A stretch of DNA of 63,942 nt, the filler included, from Octopus bimaculoides (lineage: Eukaryota), in assembly GCF_001194135.2 (NCBI RefSeq). It is 4 parts of 3 records of this genome, joined end to end, with 100 filler letters (N's around TTAATTAATTAA, not from the genome) between each part and the next. Parts side by side here need not be neighbours in the genome. Positions count along the whole stretch, not along the records: positions 1 to 19,528 come from NC_068981.1; positions 19,629 to 41,783 come from NC_068985.1; 2 more parts are not named here. The stretch is one strand, 5' to 3'. Both the position numbers and the translations under genes were made by a program. Below the pieces are notes generated by a model. The model saw nothing but the letters and a program-made list of their open reading frames with translations. It ran no database searches and was not told where the DNA came from. Positions 12,061 through 24,040 of this stretch are shown here, in pieces. How positions within the stretch are numbered: position 1 is the stretch's first letter; each line of letters begins with the position of its first letter.

Positions 12061-13699
12061 GTAGTTGGTAAATCAACTTTCTCAATGATGCACTTCCTTG
12101 CAGTGTTGAACATTCACTTTGAAGATGTTTTCATTAGAAGGCAATGCAAGCAGATTTTTTTAATGCACGTGGAGTAGTTAGAAATTTATAGATATTTTTC
12201 AAGTTTTTTTTTAAATAGAAATATTAATTTTACGTTAAAATTACCCGCCAGGTTAAATATTTTCACTTATGTAACTGCTGCTATTGTTCGCTACCAACCC
12301 ATGAAAGCATCGTAATGATCCCAACCTTGCAACTACTTTCTTTACTTTCACACTCTGATTTCAACGCAACTTAGAAATATATTTAATCAGTCCTTTACAT
12401 ATTCACGAGCTACACCAAAGCATTTTGACTTCTTAACTGGATATTCCCTGTCTTTAGAACATCCATTGTTTTTGTTTTCCTCGTTATTCTATTTTTAACT
12501 GATATATTTTTCCAAGCTCCTTTTCTTTTTTGGTCACAAAAGTTGAAACTTCTGTAATGTAATAGTTACGCAAAATAAATGAAGTGTTTATAACTTTGGC
12601 AATGGGTGTGCACTGGTGTAAGAAGAATTTTCAGCATCCAGGTCCACAGTGATTGGCCAGAGAAAATTTTTCGCATTTTGACTCTTCATCTGTGCTTTGA
12701 GGCAAATTTCCCTCTTGTCCTCTTCTTGCTGCACCATTGCGGGTGTGTTTACCTGCTAGTATTTTGTTGATTTGCATACATGTACATTAAAAGGAGGAAA
12801 AAATATACATATAGGTCAACATATGGGGCATACAAAACAGCAAAATGAACTTTTGAATATAAATAAAAAAAAGAAAAAAAATGGAAAGCCTGTAAGTACA
12901 ACTAATACTTCATATACAATACCCTGATTGTCACATACAAAATATACTGCTTAGATAACATATACCGAATAAGGAACAGATTAAATATTTGAGATGAACA
13001 AGACAAAACAAAATTACCTCTTGAATAAAACAGAATGAAACAAATGGACTTAAAATAAACACAACGTTGTCTATAAAACAATTAAACTTTGTGCATAAAT
13101 AAATCAATTGGCAACAGAAACACTATTGGCTGAGACAGGATATATAATGAGTTTTATAATGTAAATATATTGTGAACACAATACAAAAATGCTATCAGAC
13201 ATAGTTTAGAAGTGGTGTCCTCTCAAAAATATAATTCCCATTTGAAAGGCTTGTCTTTTTTACTGCTAGCTTTCTTATCTTGCTTGGCTTTACAGCAAAA
13301 GCTTCACTATATTAAAGACCTCTTACTAATTATGTTTATTGTAAGGTGTATCACCCACAGTTAAGCTACATATTGCAATCTTACACCAATGTCGGCCATC
13401 AACCAGCCAACATGATCAGAATGCCAGGCTGGGCATCAAACTCTCAGTCCAAGTGTAAGATATGAGAATGAATTAATCATAAGTAGGGCAGACTTTGTGA
13501 TAATTACAAAAGGATTAAACAAAGCACAATCACTCAAAGTTATCATGATGCCTAACACACTTTCCCCACCTCTACTATTGATCAGAATCCTGGTGTTTTG
13601 GGGTTCCAAATGCATACTGGGAATTACACAGATTCTATGATGCATAAATGAACCAGTACCCAGAATCCAAGGGAGTTTAGATGAATGATAGCTTAAATG

Positions 13700-14800
13700 A
13701 CGTCTGCCACATTTCTTTGATTTTCATGAGTGACATTCAGACAACTTCGCTGAAACAACTACTACAAAATGCCCAGTCAATAATAATGTTACTGTGTATA
13801 TGTTTACCATAAACCTTTACAAAAAATGATCTTATCCCTACAATTGGTGAAAAGAAACAACTATATTTCTAATTAGGCACCAAATTTGCTGATAAAGGAG
13901 ACACAAGAAGAATTTCGTTAGATTCTCACTTGATAGTTTCTCAAATGGAACTCATAATGAAATACTCAAGAAACATCTAAAACAACACAATTATTCTGTT
14001 AAATCCTCACCTGTTTATGGTAGTTCACACACATCCTATGCAGAATTAATTCTGTTGTCCTCAAAGCTCTGAACTAACTGAATGCTGGATCTGCTGGTGA
14101 TACTGACACTATCAGGCTATGCCATTTGAAACTGAGAAACTTGATCAATAATCAATGTGATCAATCAGCCACTACACTTTTGATGGTTATTACACAACTT
14201 GAGAACCCTAAACTCACTGGTAATATCCCTGTATATTCTTAGGACACATCCTCTTTAGCAACACTATAAACATTGTGTAAAAAGATAGTCGAGTAAGATT
14301 CATTTATGTAGTTGCTACTTTCAGGTGACTGGCCTCCTGTATTGTAATCCAAAATATTGAACCTAATTTGCAGATTGAATTGTGATAGAATCAGTTGGGC
14401 TTTGCTACTGAAGGTGGGTGGAAAACTCATACACATGGCGTCAGTATGTGAATGACAGAACACATCGAATTTGATATGTGTAATGGTTTCAGCACATTTT
14501 GTCAAGATTAATTCTTGCTGACTGCTCATGTTGAAATCCCAGAAATATTAATGACATTTAGACAAGGATACACCTTCCTCCCTTTTTTGATTTACAGTGA
14601 CTATATTATACCCACTATACAAACTTCATTCAGAGGATCCGTTTGAACTCTCATTCTTCTGACAAGTGCATCTCAATGCCTGGTTTTTGGATGACAGTGA
14701 TATTAACAGACCATCCACTATTGTTGACCCAAGGTGTTACAGCATTTGCCAAACTTGGCTCTGAAGTAAACTCATAAAAATCTGAGCTGGTATTTATATT
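13700..14800 (+). mobile_element. Decayed CRE-clade-like non-LTR retrotransposon RT
   Basis: Collinear motifs NAGSAGDTDTIRLCHLK (14081), KDSRVRFIYVVATFR (14281), NQLGFATEGG (14389), DPFELSFF (~14637), WFLDD (14681-14695), LGSEVNS*KSEL; many stops. Boundaries approximate. Confidence 0.7.
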
Positions 14801-15197
14801 GAGTACAATAGGCAGGGATGAAATCATGACATCTCAATGTCCATGTAACACCAAATAAAGACCTTGACATCTCCAGGTCTCTCATTCTAGTCATTGGCCA
14901 GCATTAGCTTAAAATACCAATCTTTATATTATACTCAATGTATATCATTGAAAGGCAAATTTACTGTAGCATTTTAGTCTAGTGGTGGCTAGCCCTTGGG
15001 TAGGCCCTGTACATGTGAATCTTCTCCAGAATTCTCTATATGATCTGGGCCTTCCCAGATCACCCTTTCCTGTTGCTGTTAAGTAGATTACTGGAATTTT
15101 GGCTACCATGGCTAGAGATTGGCTGAAAACTGAAGTGGTTTCCCACTACCTTCACCAGGAAGATGGGATTTGAATCCACAATATTGAGAGCCAGAAT

Positions 15198-15590
15198 ATA
15201 TACTTTTTTACTTGTTTCAGTCATCTGACTGTGGCCATGCTGGAGCACCGCATTCAGTCAGCAAATCGACCCCAGGACTTATTCTTTGTAAGCCTAGTAC
15301 TTATTCTATCAGTCTCTTTTGCCAAACCGCTAAATTACGGGGACATAAACACACCAGCATCGGTTGTCAAGCGATGTTAGGAGACAAACACAGACACACA
15401 AACACACATATATATACATATACATATATACGATGGGTTTCTTTCAGTTTCCGTCTACCAAATTCACTCACAAGGCTTTAATCAGCCCGAGGCTATAGTA
15501 GAAGACACTTGCCCAAGGTGCCACACAGTGGGACTGAACCTGGAACCATGTGGCTGGTAAGCAAGCTACTTACTACACAGCCACTTCTGC
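15198..15590 (-). mobile_element. SINE family B, full length
   Basis: tRNA-like head, CCTTGGGCAAGTGTCTTCTACTATAGCC core, internal microsatellite and 3' module. Confidence 0.85.
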
Positions 15591-15639
15591 ACCTGTAAAA
15601 CATCTCTGTAAAGCATCTCTGCGATGTGCCAATAATTCT

Positions 15640-15772
15640 GTCATTCTTCCACCCACAGAATAATGTGAAATAAAGTGCTCTGCTCAAGAACATGCTACCC
15701 ACTACTGAGATTAAACCCATGATCTAGCGATCGTGAAGGTAACACCCTAACTTCTAGGCCATATGCTTTCAC
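15640..15772 (-). mobile_element. tRNA-derived SINE head fragment (related to 54700-55020)
   Basis: Reverse complement shows a TGGCCTAGAAGTTAG head and a TTCTTGAGCAGAGCACTTTATTTC core. Confidence 0.55.
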
Positions 15773-17859
15773 TACAGCATCCATCTGCAGATAATATGGA
15801 TGTGTGCATTTAAAAATCCCAATATATGTCAGAGGGAGACGAAAATCATTCCAGAAACAGCAGCTAGTGAAAAAACTAGATGTATTTCTGCCTCCTTACA
15901 CATTGTCAATAGCATTTACTTACATGCTTAGATGAAATTTGTTGCTTACTGGTATAAAGGAAAACAGTAGATAAACTTCTTTTGTTGCATGTAACAGATT
16001 TGATTCTCCTGGGCAGCTGTTAGCAACACCAATAAATATCCATTTACTGTTTTCTTATAATTAGTGGTAACAAATTTCATCTAGGCATGTAGCTGGCTGT
16101 GAGTATATGCCATTGACAAAGCCCAGAATGGCAGAAATGCATATGGTAGTTTCACTACCAGTTGCTAGGATTATTTTTTCTCTCTCTGATATATATTGTG
16201 CTTTTAAATACAGCATGTTCATAAGAGATGTTATTTCCAGACAAATACCACAGTAAATTTGCTTTTCAACAGTGTATTTACATAGATTGCTATTTTAGTC
16301 TAATACTGCTTTTGTTGCACATAATGGATTTTTTATACAAGCTAATTTAGTCAATTATAACTTAATACTTTGACCAATCCCAGCCACATTTCTGCTACTA
16401 CTACTACTACTTCCTTACCCCTAAATCTAGTACTTCTTAAATAAGTATTTCACAAATTACTATTTGAGAAGCCTCTCTAGGGAAACCTCAAAGCTACAGT
16501 CAACCTTTATTGTAAGTGTGTGTGTGTGTGTGCGTGTGTGTGAGTGTATGTGTATGAGTGTACTTGAAAAATCTATATATGAGAATAAGATGGTGAGAAT
16601 GTGAGAATATATAGAAAATTTAACATAAACAAGCAAATTGTATAAACAGAAAAGGACATAATTAAAGAGTATCAGGAGAAGGCATAAATGTAAAAGAATA
16701 AATTAAAAAGAGAGAGAGAGAGAACAACGGACAAATAAAAAAACAGTAAGGTATGTGTGACTCATATAGCTTACTCTTTTTTATTTCCACTTCCACAAAC
16801 TGTCTTTCTCTCTCTCCCCATCTCTGTCTCTCTCTTGTATATATGTCTCTACCATCTCCCACTTACTCTTTAAATATCTCCTCCTCTATTTTTACAGTTC
16901 CCTTCTTGACATTAAGTTCCGCTCATATATTTTCGCCCTGCTCCACCAACAGCCAACTGATTTTATTGATGGTTTCATTGTTTCTTTTACGTAAGGCTAA
17001 GCAATTGACCTCCTTAGGGCATACACCATTTACCAAAACATATGATTTTTGTTATACTCTTAGTAATACCCACCCTGAGTTCATTCTGTAATCATTCATG
17101 CAATGATACAACATAAACAACACAAGAAACACATGTAAAATGAAGGGAATTGTGATTGTATGACATTCAAGCCTTTGTTATCATCATTATCAGCAGACCA
17201 CAATCAAATAACCAAACATTTACCTCTTGTTTACTCTACAGAGGCTGTCACATTCTGTAAATAATCTCCCCCTCCTGTCTCACAGTCATGGTTTCTTTTA
17301 CCATAATGATTATTAACTTTGCATCAAGGTTACAAGTTTGTAAGGAGTAAACATAGCTGATATTGATTTGGCAACTCCATAAATGACTGGCTGGTATTTT
17401 ATTGACCCAGACAAATGAAAGGTGGTATTTGAAATTACTATTGGATTAATCTTAGCTTTTCATCTGACTCTAGAGGGATAAAGATAAGTCTTCCCCATAT
17501 GGTTTCAGGTTTAGACTCACTGTGGGATTCCTTGGGCAAATTTCTTCTCCTATAACCCTGGAATGACCAAAATCATGCGAACCAATTGAGAAAGCCAATT
17601 GCACATCATCAACATCATTTTAACGTTTGCTGTTCCTTACTTACATGCATTGAACAGAATTTTGTTGAATTGTATTTTTATGGGTAGACTGCCCCTCCTG
17701 TCACCAACCCTCACCTGTCTCCAGTAAGTTAATATTTTCCCATGGCTTGATATCATTTCATGGAAGATTGGAAGAGAACAACAGAGCTTGCTTGATGGTG
17801 AAACTCATTTACTCCTATCACACAAGTCAATGCAAGGAGAGAGTAACAAACATGTGCAT

Positions 17860-17905
17860 GCGCACACACACACACACGCACACACACACACATACACACA
17901 CACAC

Positions 17906-17946
<41 letters not shown>

Positions 17947-17966
17947 NNNNNNNNNNACACACACAC

Positions 17967-18016
<50 letters not shown>
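17860..18016. repeat. (CA)n microsatellite with small gap
   Basis: Directly visible. Confidence 0.95.
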
Positions 18017-18017
<1 letters not shown>

Positions 18018-18699
18018 AATGGCATCAAATACAGACACACTGGCATAGAGGACTATTCATTCCCCCAGATAATGAAAACTATTCTCTATAATCTCTGTCA
18101 TTAAAAGACATGGTTAAAGAAATGGTCATCTTCTTTGAGTAAATGCAAAGAAACAATCACTTTTTTTTAAAGATTGTAGCTGTAATCAAACAGTGAAATG
18201 CATACCATGAGGAAAATTACTATACGTACACCATAGTGATGAAAGAATCCAGAGTCAGCCATTGCAGACCATGAAACTATTGAGAAAAATTCTAGCAGAC
18301 TTTTGAACTGAACCAGGACCTACATCAGTTCTACAGAAAGGCTAAAGAAGTTCCCTCGATAAGCTACATGAAGAGACTAAAAGAATATTGGGATAAGAAA
18401 TACTCAACATTCTTAAATTTCTTTACCTGAGATCCTTTAGGTGAATAGATGCATACACTTGGGCACGTTAATTAACAGCTCAATTAAAACACCAACTCAA
18501 TCACATATTTACAAACATCTTAGCTCAAAAATTCTTCTCTTTGTTAGCAACTAGCTTGAACTCTCTTAAGAACTTAAATAAAACTCAAACAAAAAACATA
18601 CATATACTTATATATGTAAGATTAAGATATTTAGCAAGCAGTGGCTTCCTCCTCTATCTTAACTATAATATTGAAAATTTACCTCTCTTATCGTTTATT

Positions 18700-18900
18700 T
18701 TTTATCCTTTACTTGTTTCCTTGCTAGGGCACTGTTTTGAAGAGTTTAGTCAAACAAAACAACCCCAGTACTTACTTTTAAGTTTGGTACTTGTTCAACT
18801 GATCTCTTTTGCTGAACCATTAAGTGATGGGAACAAACAAACCAACACCAGTTGTTGAGCATTGGTGGGTGACAAGCACAAACACACAAACACATGCACA
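18700..18900 (-). mobile_element. SINE family B, 3' portion
   Basis: TTTTACTTGTTTC..CCCCAGTACTTA..TTTTGCTGAACC module. Confidence 0.7.
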
Positions 18901-19011
18901 CATAGACATATTATGTATATATACATATACTGTTCTCATTCTGTTAACGGCTAAACGTTCAGGTGAGTGCACTGGCATTGATGTGGCAACATTTGAAATA
19001 TTGTCTAGGTA

Positions 19012-19084
19012 AATGCAGCTGATGAAGACTGATCAAATTTACGTTGTGAAACGTATTTGAAGAGTCAGAAACCGGTCCTGCATT
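19012..19084 (+). ncRNA. Minimal type I hammerhead ribozyme-like motif
   Basis: Stem I AATGCAG/CTGCATT, core CTGATGA, stem II GACT/AGTC with internal hairpin, then GAAA-CCGG-TC. Confidence 0.6.
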
Positions 19085-19285
19085 ATCCGATTCTGGGTTG
19101 TTCATTTATCGAATGTTCTTCCTAGAAGTAAGACAAATTTTTCATGTTTGTTGCACTCCCACGTCTTTGCCAGTATATACGCAGTGAAGCTTTACAATAG
19201 CGTTGTATTTGTATTGACTGCTCTTTCCAGTAAATATTGCTGCCTTGTTGTACCACTCATCTGTATTTATATATATATATATATA

Positions 19286-19527
19286 CAAACCCCTTCAGGT
19301 AGATGGCCCTGCTCAGTATGTAGAAAAGGAGTAGGTAGTAACTCTATAAGATGTACCCGGTGCAAGCTATGGACACATAAGAGGTGCAGCAACATCAAAG
19401 GCAGGTTAACTAGCAAGTTAGTTTTTGTTTGTGGCAGATGTTCAGGTGCAATAAAGACTGTAAACAAACAGGAAACAACTTCTATCTCATTCCAGGGTGA
19501 AAAACTAGAGGTAGTCGATGGCTTCCG
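19286..19527 (+). mobile_element. RTE-like LINE ORF2 fragment with PHD-like Cys/His finger
   Basis: WPCSVCRKGVGSNSIRCTRCKLWTHKRC..FVCGRC (C4HC3 spacing) followed by EKLEVVDGF (RT thumb lead-in); runs into a gap. Confidence 0.7.
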
Positions 19528-19627
19528 CNNNNNNNNNNNNNNNNNNNNNNNNNNNNNNNNNNNNNNNNNNNNTTAATTAATTAANNNNNNNNNNNNNNNN
19601 NNNNNNNNNNNNNNNNNNNNNNNNNNN

Positions 19628-20316
19628 NGTAAAGCGTTTAGAGTGGAGTAAAAACCTGCAGAATTTGTCGCTAGAGCAGTGGAAGAATGTTATTTCCTCG
19701 GACATGTCATCCTTTACGTTATTTCCGACCACCAGCCGAGTATACGTATGGAGACAGCCAAAAGAAGCATTTGACCCAGACTGCCACCTTCCAAATGTTA
19801 AACATGGAGGAGGATCTGTGATGATCTGGGGGGCTATATCTTGGAAACCCGCCGACCCAGTGGTCTCCTGTCATGGCAGAATTAGTAGTCAAGACTATTT
19901 AAGAATTTTATGTGATCATATTCATCCTATGTTTGCGGAACCGTTTCCGCAGGGAAACGCAATCTTTCAGGAAGATAATGCACCAATTCACACAGCTAAC
20001 TTTGTTACTGAATAGCACGAGGAACATTCTAGTGAAGCTTAACATCTTATCTGGTCACCACAGTCCCCAGATCTCAATATTATTAAACATTTATGATGCA
20101 TTATGGGAAACGAAGTGAGGAATCATCCCTACAAGAACTGGAGAGTGTTTTAGCTGAAGAATGGACAAAAAGTCCGTTGGAAACAGTTCAAAATTTGAAT
20201 GAGTTCATAGTTCGTAGAATTCAAGCTATAATTACTGCCAAAGGCAGTCCTACCCCATGTTAAAATAATTTTGTTTGAAAATTTTAAGGTGTGTACATTA
20301 TTTTGTCCAATCCTTG
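19628..20316 (+). mobile_element. Tc1-like transposon, 3' half, DD36E spacing
   Basis: VKHGGGSVMIWG, FQEDNAPIH, WSPQSPDLNII[K]HL; right TIR ...ACATTATTTTGTCCAATCCTTG followed by TA; 5' part lost in the gap. Confidence 0.9.
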
Positions 20317-20327
20317 TATATGATATG

Positions 20328-20359
<32 letters not shown>

Positions 20360-20421
20360 CATACATGCATATGCAGCCATGAATATATATATGTTTAGGT
20401 ATTTATCTACCTACCTTTCTA

Positions 20422-21115
20422 CCCAAGGTGAGAACTGGCAGGACGTGGAAGATGAAGGAACGTGTAGAGGTAGCTAAGGAGCGCCTAAGGATGAGAGAGA
20501 TCAATGGGCACACTCAAACCAATAGACAAGAACTCAGATCCTCTAAAATGGAATGATGGTCCAAGACTAAAGGAAAAGCAAACAAAGACGTGGTGATCCA
20601 AGAGATCAGGGAACAGCAAGACAAAGGAAGGCTCCAGAAAGCAGTGCAAGAAAGTCAGCAGAGATAATTGACAACATGGAAATGTGCTCTCCAAAGAGGC
20701 CTGAGCTGGAACGACCAGTAGCACATGATTCCACTCAGGATCAGCTTCATTCTCAGAAACTCCTTCGCTCAAATGGCACCCAGGTAAAATGGGGGAAATC
20801 CTAGAACCCCTCGTGTCCGCTCTGCAACGGAAGACAGATGATGGAGCACGATCTCAGCTCTTGCAAAGCAGCTCTCACTCAAGGGAGATACACTTGGATG
20901 CACAACCAAGTGCTGAAAGAGATTGCTGAAGCGGTCGAATTCAATACGACCAAGAGCAAAGGACGACGCACAGAACCCGAGACATGGGTAGTCGAATTTG
21001 TAGGCTCATCTACCTACAGCCTCATAAAGCATCTCTGGAAGAAGCAAGACTAGAGCTTTGAGGGCCATGGAAGAAGCGGCGAAGAAGGCCTCAAGTTAGA
21101 TCTGGTCTAGGAGGA
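20422..21115 (+). mobile_element. Hero-clade-like non-LTR retrotransposon C-terminal fragment
   Basis: PKVRTGRTWK, LSWND..HM.PLRISF, CCHC knuckle CPLC..EH.LSSC (20814-20864), GRYTWMHNQVL, RAMEEAAKKASS*IW. Confidence 0.75.
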
Positions 21116-21152
21116 ACAAAGGCCAACATCATAAGACTTAATTTGCCCCAAT

Positions 21153-21420
21153 TCAAGCGAGTGCCAGATTGGCCTAGTCGTGTTGGCCTGCACCTCTGGA
21201 GCCGGCGATATGGGTTCGAATCCCGCTGTAAAAAAAAGAACCTCACATCTGGGTCGCCTGAGCGCTTGCCAGTGTACTCAGCTGGAAATAGGTACTTAGC
21301 GCTTCTCAGAGCCGCAGCACACGTCACAATACTGTTAGAAACCAGACAAACCAATCCAACCTAAGGCGTACTAAAACGGACAGCTGGTGGACATCCGGGA
21401 GTCATGACTCGGATGTGCCA
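21153..21420 (+). mobile_element. tRNA-headed SINE-like element
   Basis: Box A-like TGGCCTAGTCG, box B GGGTTCGAATCCC, downstream CCAGTGTACTCAGCTGGAAATAGGTAC; the cloverleaf does not close. Confidence 0.45.
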
Positions 21421-22061
21421 GTAGTTAATAAGTCAGGAGTTAAGTGTCAGAAGTTAAGGACCGAAACACTTGCCTAAAGGGGTTTCTCCTCTGAGGACCA
21501 CCTGTTGCTACGCTCTCCCCGAGTTTCTTTCCACTTGCACGAAGTTTAAAAGTAAAGAAGGGTTGGGGTCGATTCATCCGAATAAAAATTCCTCAAGGCG
21601 GTGCTGCTGCATGGTCACGGTCTAATGACATAAACAATTCAAAAAAGCCTTAATGTCTTGATGGATTGAATTGTGGGGCACTGCATATATGTGGGCAGTA
21701 CTTAAGTACGTTTCTATTCAGTTTGGTTTTAAAACCACGCCTTAGTCGATAAAATTATTCACTATTCTCTTCATGAAAATGAATAGCTTTAAGCTTACGT
21801 TAGAAATTATTATTATCATTATTGTTGTTGTTGTTATTGTCATTATTTTTGCCATTTTAGTCTTATTATTTATATCACTGTCATTTCATTTTATATATGG
21901 TGTTGTCTTAAAATTTCTAGTAATGCAGGTGTCATAATTCAAATCCCTCTTCAAGTACAGATGCATCAATTAATGACCACTTTCATTGTCTTACATTTTC
22001 TGTTTGTCATTGTCTCTATCGCTTTCTCTGTCTCTCTCTCTAACTCTATCTCTCTCTCTAA

Positions 22062-22103
<42 letters not shown>

Positions 22104-23639
22104 ACATTTCCCAGTTTATTTAAGTTTGCATCATTAAATATTCTATTATCACGGTAAGTACGACATTTTGTAGCAGCGATATAAATAGTTCGAGCCACAA
22201 TAAACTTAGATAATTGGTGATAGTTTTGCGATTTTATTTGGTATAAGAATATACTTTACCTTTAATTACCTCCATAAAAATATCGTTCAGTTACTTTAGT
22301 ATTGCTTATATTCCTTGTAACATAGTCCCACCGGTCCCATTTTTTTTATTTCATACCATTTAATCTCTAAAAATCTGTCCTTTGACGTAAATCTCTCTTA
22401 ATAATCGTTTTAAACATTGACAGACGTCTAAATATTTAGAGAAAGGTCTATAGTCTCTTATACCAATTATATTTCTTGGTTTATATTTAATCATCTTACA
22501 CAAGGGCAAAGAGAACTGAGAGTTGAACAACGGAGATAAAGAAATCTACCGAAAAACCTGCAAGTAGCAATTCCACTGTTTCACTTATTTTATTACCACT
22601 GTATTTAAATAAAGTATGAAAATTCACTAATATCAGGTTTAAAAATCAAATCTATGCTAATGATTTGAATATTATATTGGAAAGAATGTAAAACAGTATT
22701 GGCAACGTTCTACACAAGAAACACGTTTGTCATAAATACCGGTGTCCACACTAACATTATATTACCTTCCACAGTTCACTAAACTGAATGTAACTACTAC
22801 ACCATAATATGGTTTTTTATACTTTTCACAAATCTGAGGACTCGTAATACCGGTTACTCTGATCCTGGGCGTATAAGCGACTGAGATCACAACATTCTCT
22901 TGAACGGGAAGCTGGTCTCTTACATGGCTCAAGGATAGAAATCTTAAGAGAAGGTAAGTTGAATACATGGAGCCCGAAGAGATGAAAGGCAAAGCTGACC
23001 ACAGCGCGATTTGAACTCAGAATGTAAATAGCCGGAGGAAATGTTGTTCAGAATTTTGTCCGACGTGTTAAAGATTCTGAAAGTTTCCCGACTTTATAGT
23101 ATAGTTTACCGCTAAGTATAACACTAACAGTGTTAGACTGATGTTAGTAAATGCGACATTTTTCTGTAGCTCCATGTTTTCGGCAACGTGCTTTAAGCCA
23201 TCAATTTATTCGCGTGGATCCATTCAGTGGCAAAGAATAAATGATAACAAAGACTAGTCTCAGACAAGAACAGGCTGATGCTATGAAGTTTTCGAACAGT
23301 CTCCACACAAAGGGTGTGAAATGTCCGTGACTGATACCCAAACTAAATATTTGTTGGTCAAAATATCTACAGAGGCATAAAGACAGAAATGAGGTAGTGC
23401 ATTCAATAAATTCACCAGAGTGAAGTCACTCGAAGAGAGATGATGCTGTTAAATGGCGTGTATCTATCTGAAGGCAATTTTCTTTTTGCCCACGCAATCC
23501 AGTACATCGGTCCGTCCATTTCTGACAAATCCTTTGTTTTCTTTCCGTGGATGTTTTTTTTAACATTTTAAATCAGAAAAATTTGCTTTCCCTTGGCTCA
23601 ACGCTCTTGCATTTCCTGGCGGGAGAGATATAATGCAAG

Positions 23640-24040
23640 AGATATGCAAGAGATAAATCGAGAGAGAGGAAGAGAAAGAGAGAAAGAGTTCAAGGGAGAG
23701 AGAGAAATAAAAAGAAACAGAGAAAGAGGGAGAGTGGGAAAGGGAGGGAGAGGGGAAAAGAGAGGAAGAGAGAAATGAATAGGTGAGAGGGAGGGGGAAA
23801 GTGAGGGAGAGACAAATGAATAGGGGAGAGGGATAGGAAGAAAGATAAAGGGAGAGAGAGGGGGAGAGAGAAATGAGATAAAGTCGGAGAGAGAGAGAGA
23901 GGGGGGAGAAATGAAGAGAGAGAGACGGAAAGCAAGAGGAGAGAAAGGTAGAGAAGAAATAAAGAGTGAGAGAGTGAGTGTATGCGTGTATTGTATGTCT
24001 GTGTGTGTGTGTGTGTGTGAGGGAGAGAGAGAGAGTGAGA
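23640..24040. repeat. Purine-rich (GA) low-complexity tract
   Basis: Almost exclusively A/G on the + strand for ~330 nt, then (GT)n/(GA)n. Confidence 0.9.

Noticed and set aside
11330-12760. Possible pogo/Tigger-like C-terminal remnants (DYVLVCF, FLWP motifs) on the minus strand
   Set aside because: Similarity too weak and fragmented to call by eye.
18190-18420. YMKRLKEYWD peptide resembling R4-like N-termini
   Set aside because: Short motif only; no adjoining domains to confirm.
19573-19584. TTAATTAATTAA island inside an N gap (also 41828-41839 and 52010-52021)
   Set aside because: An identical 12-mer with stops in all six frames, centred in gaps of about 100 nt; it is a scaffolding spacer artefact, not biology.
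21153-21225. Possible tRNA gene
   Set aside because: Boxes A/B are present but the acceptor and anticodon stems do not pair; treated as a SINE head.
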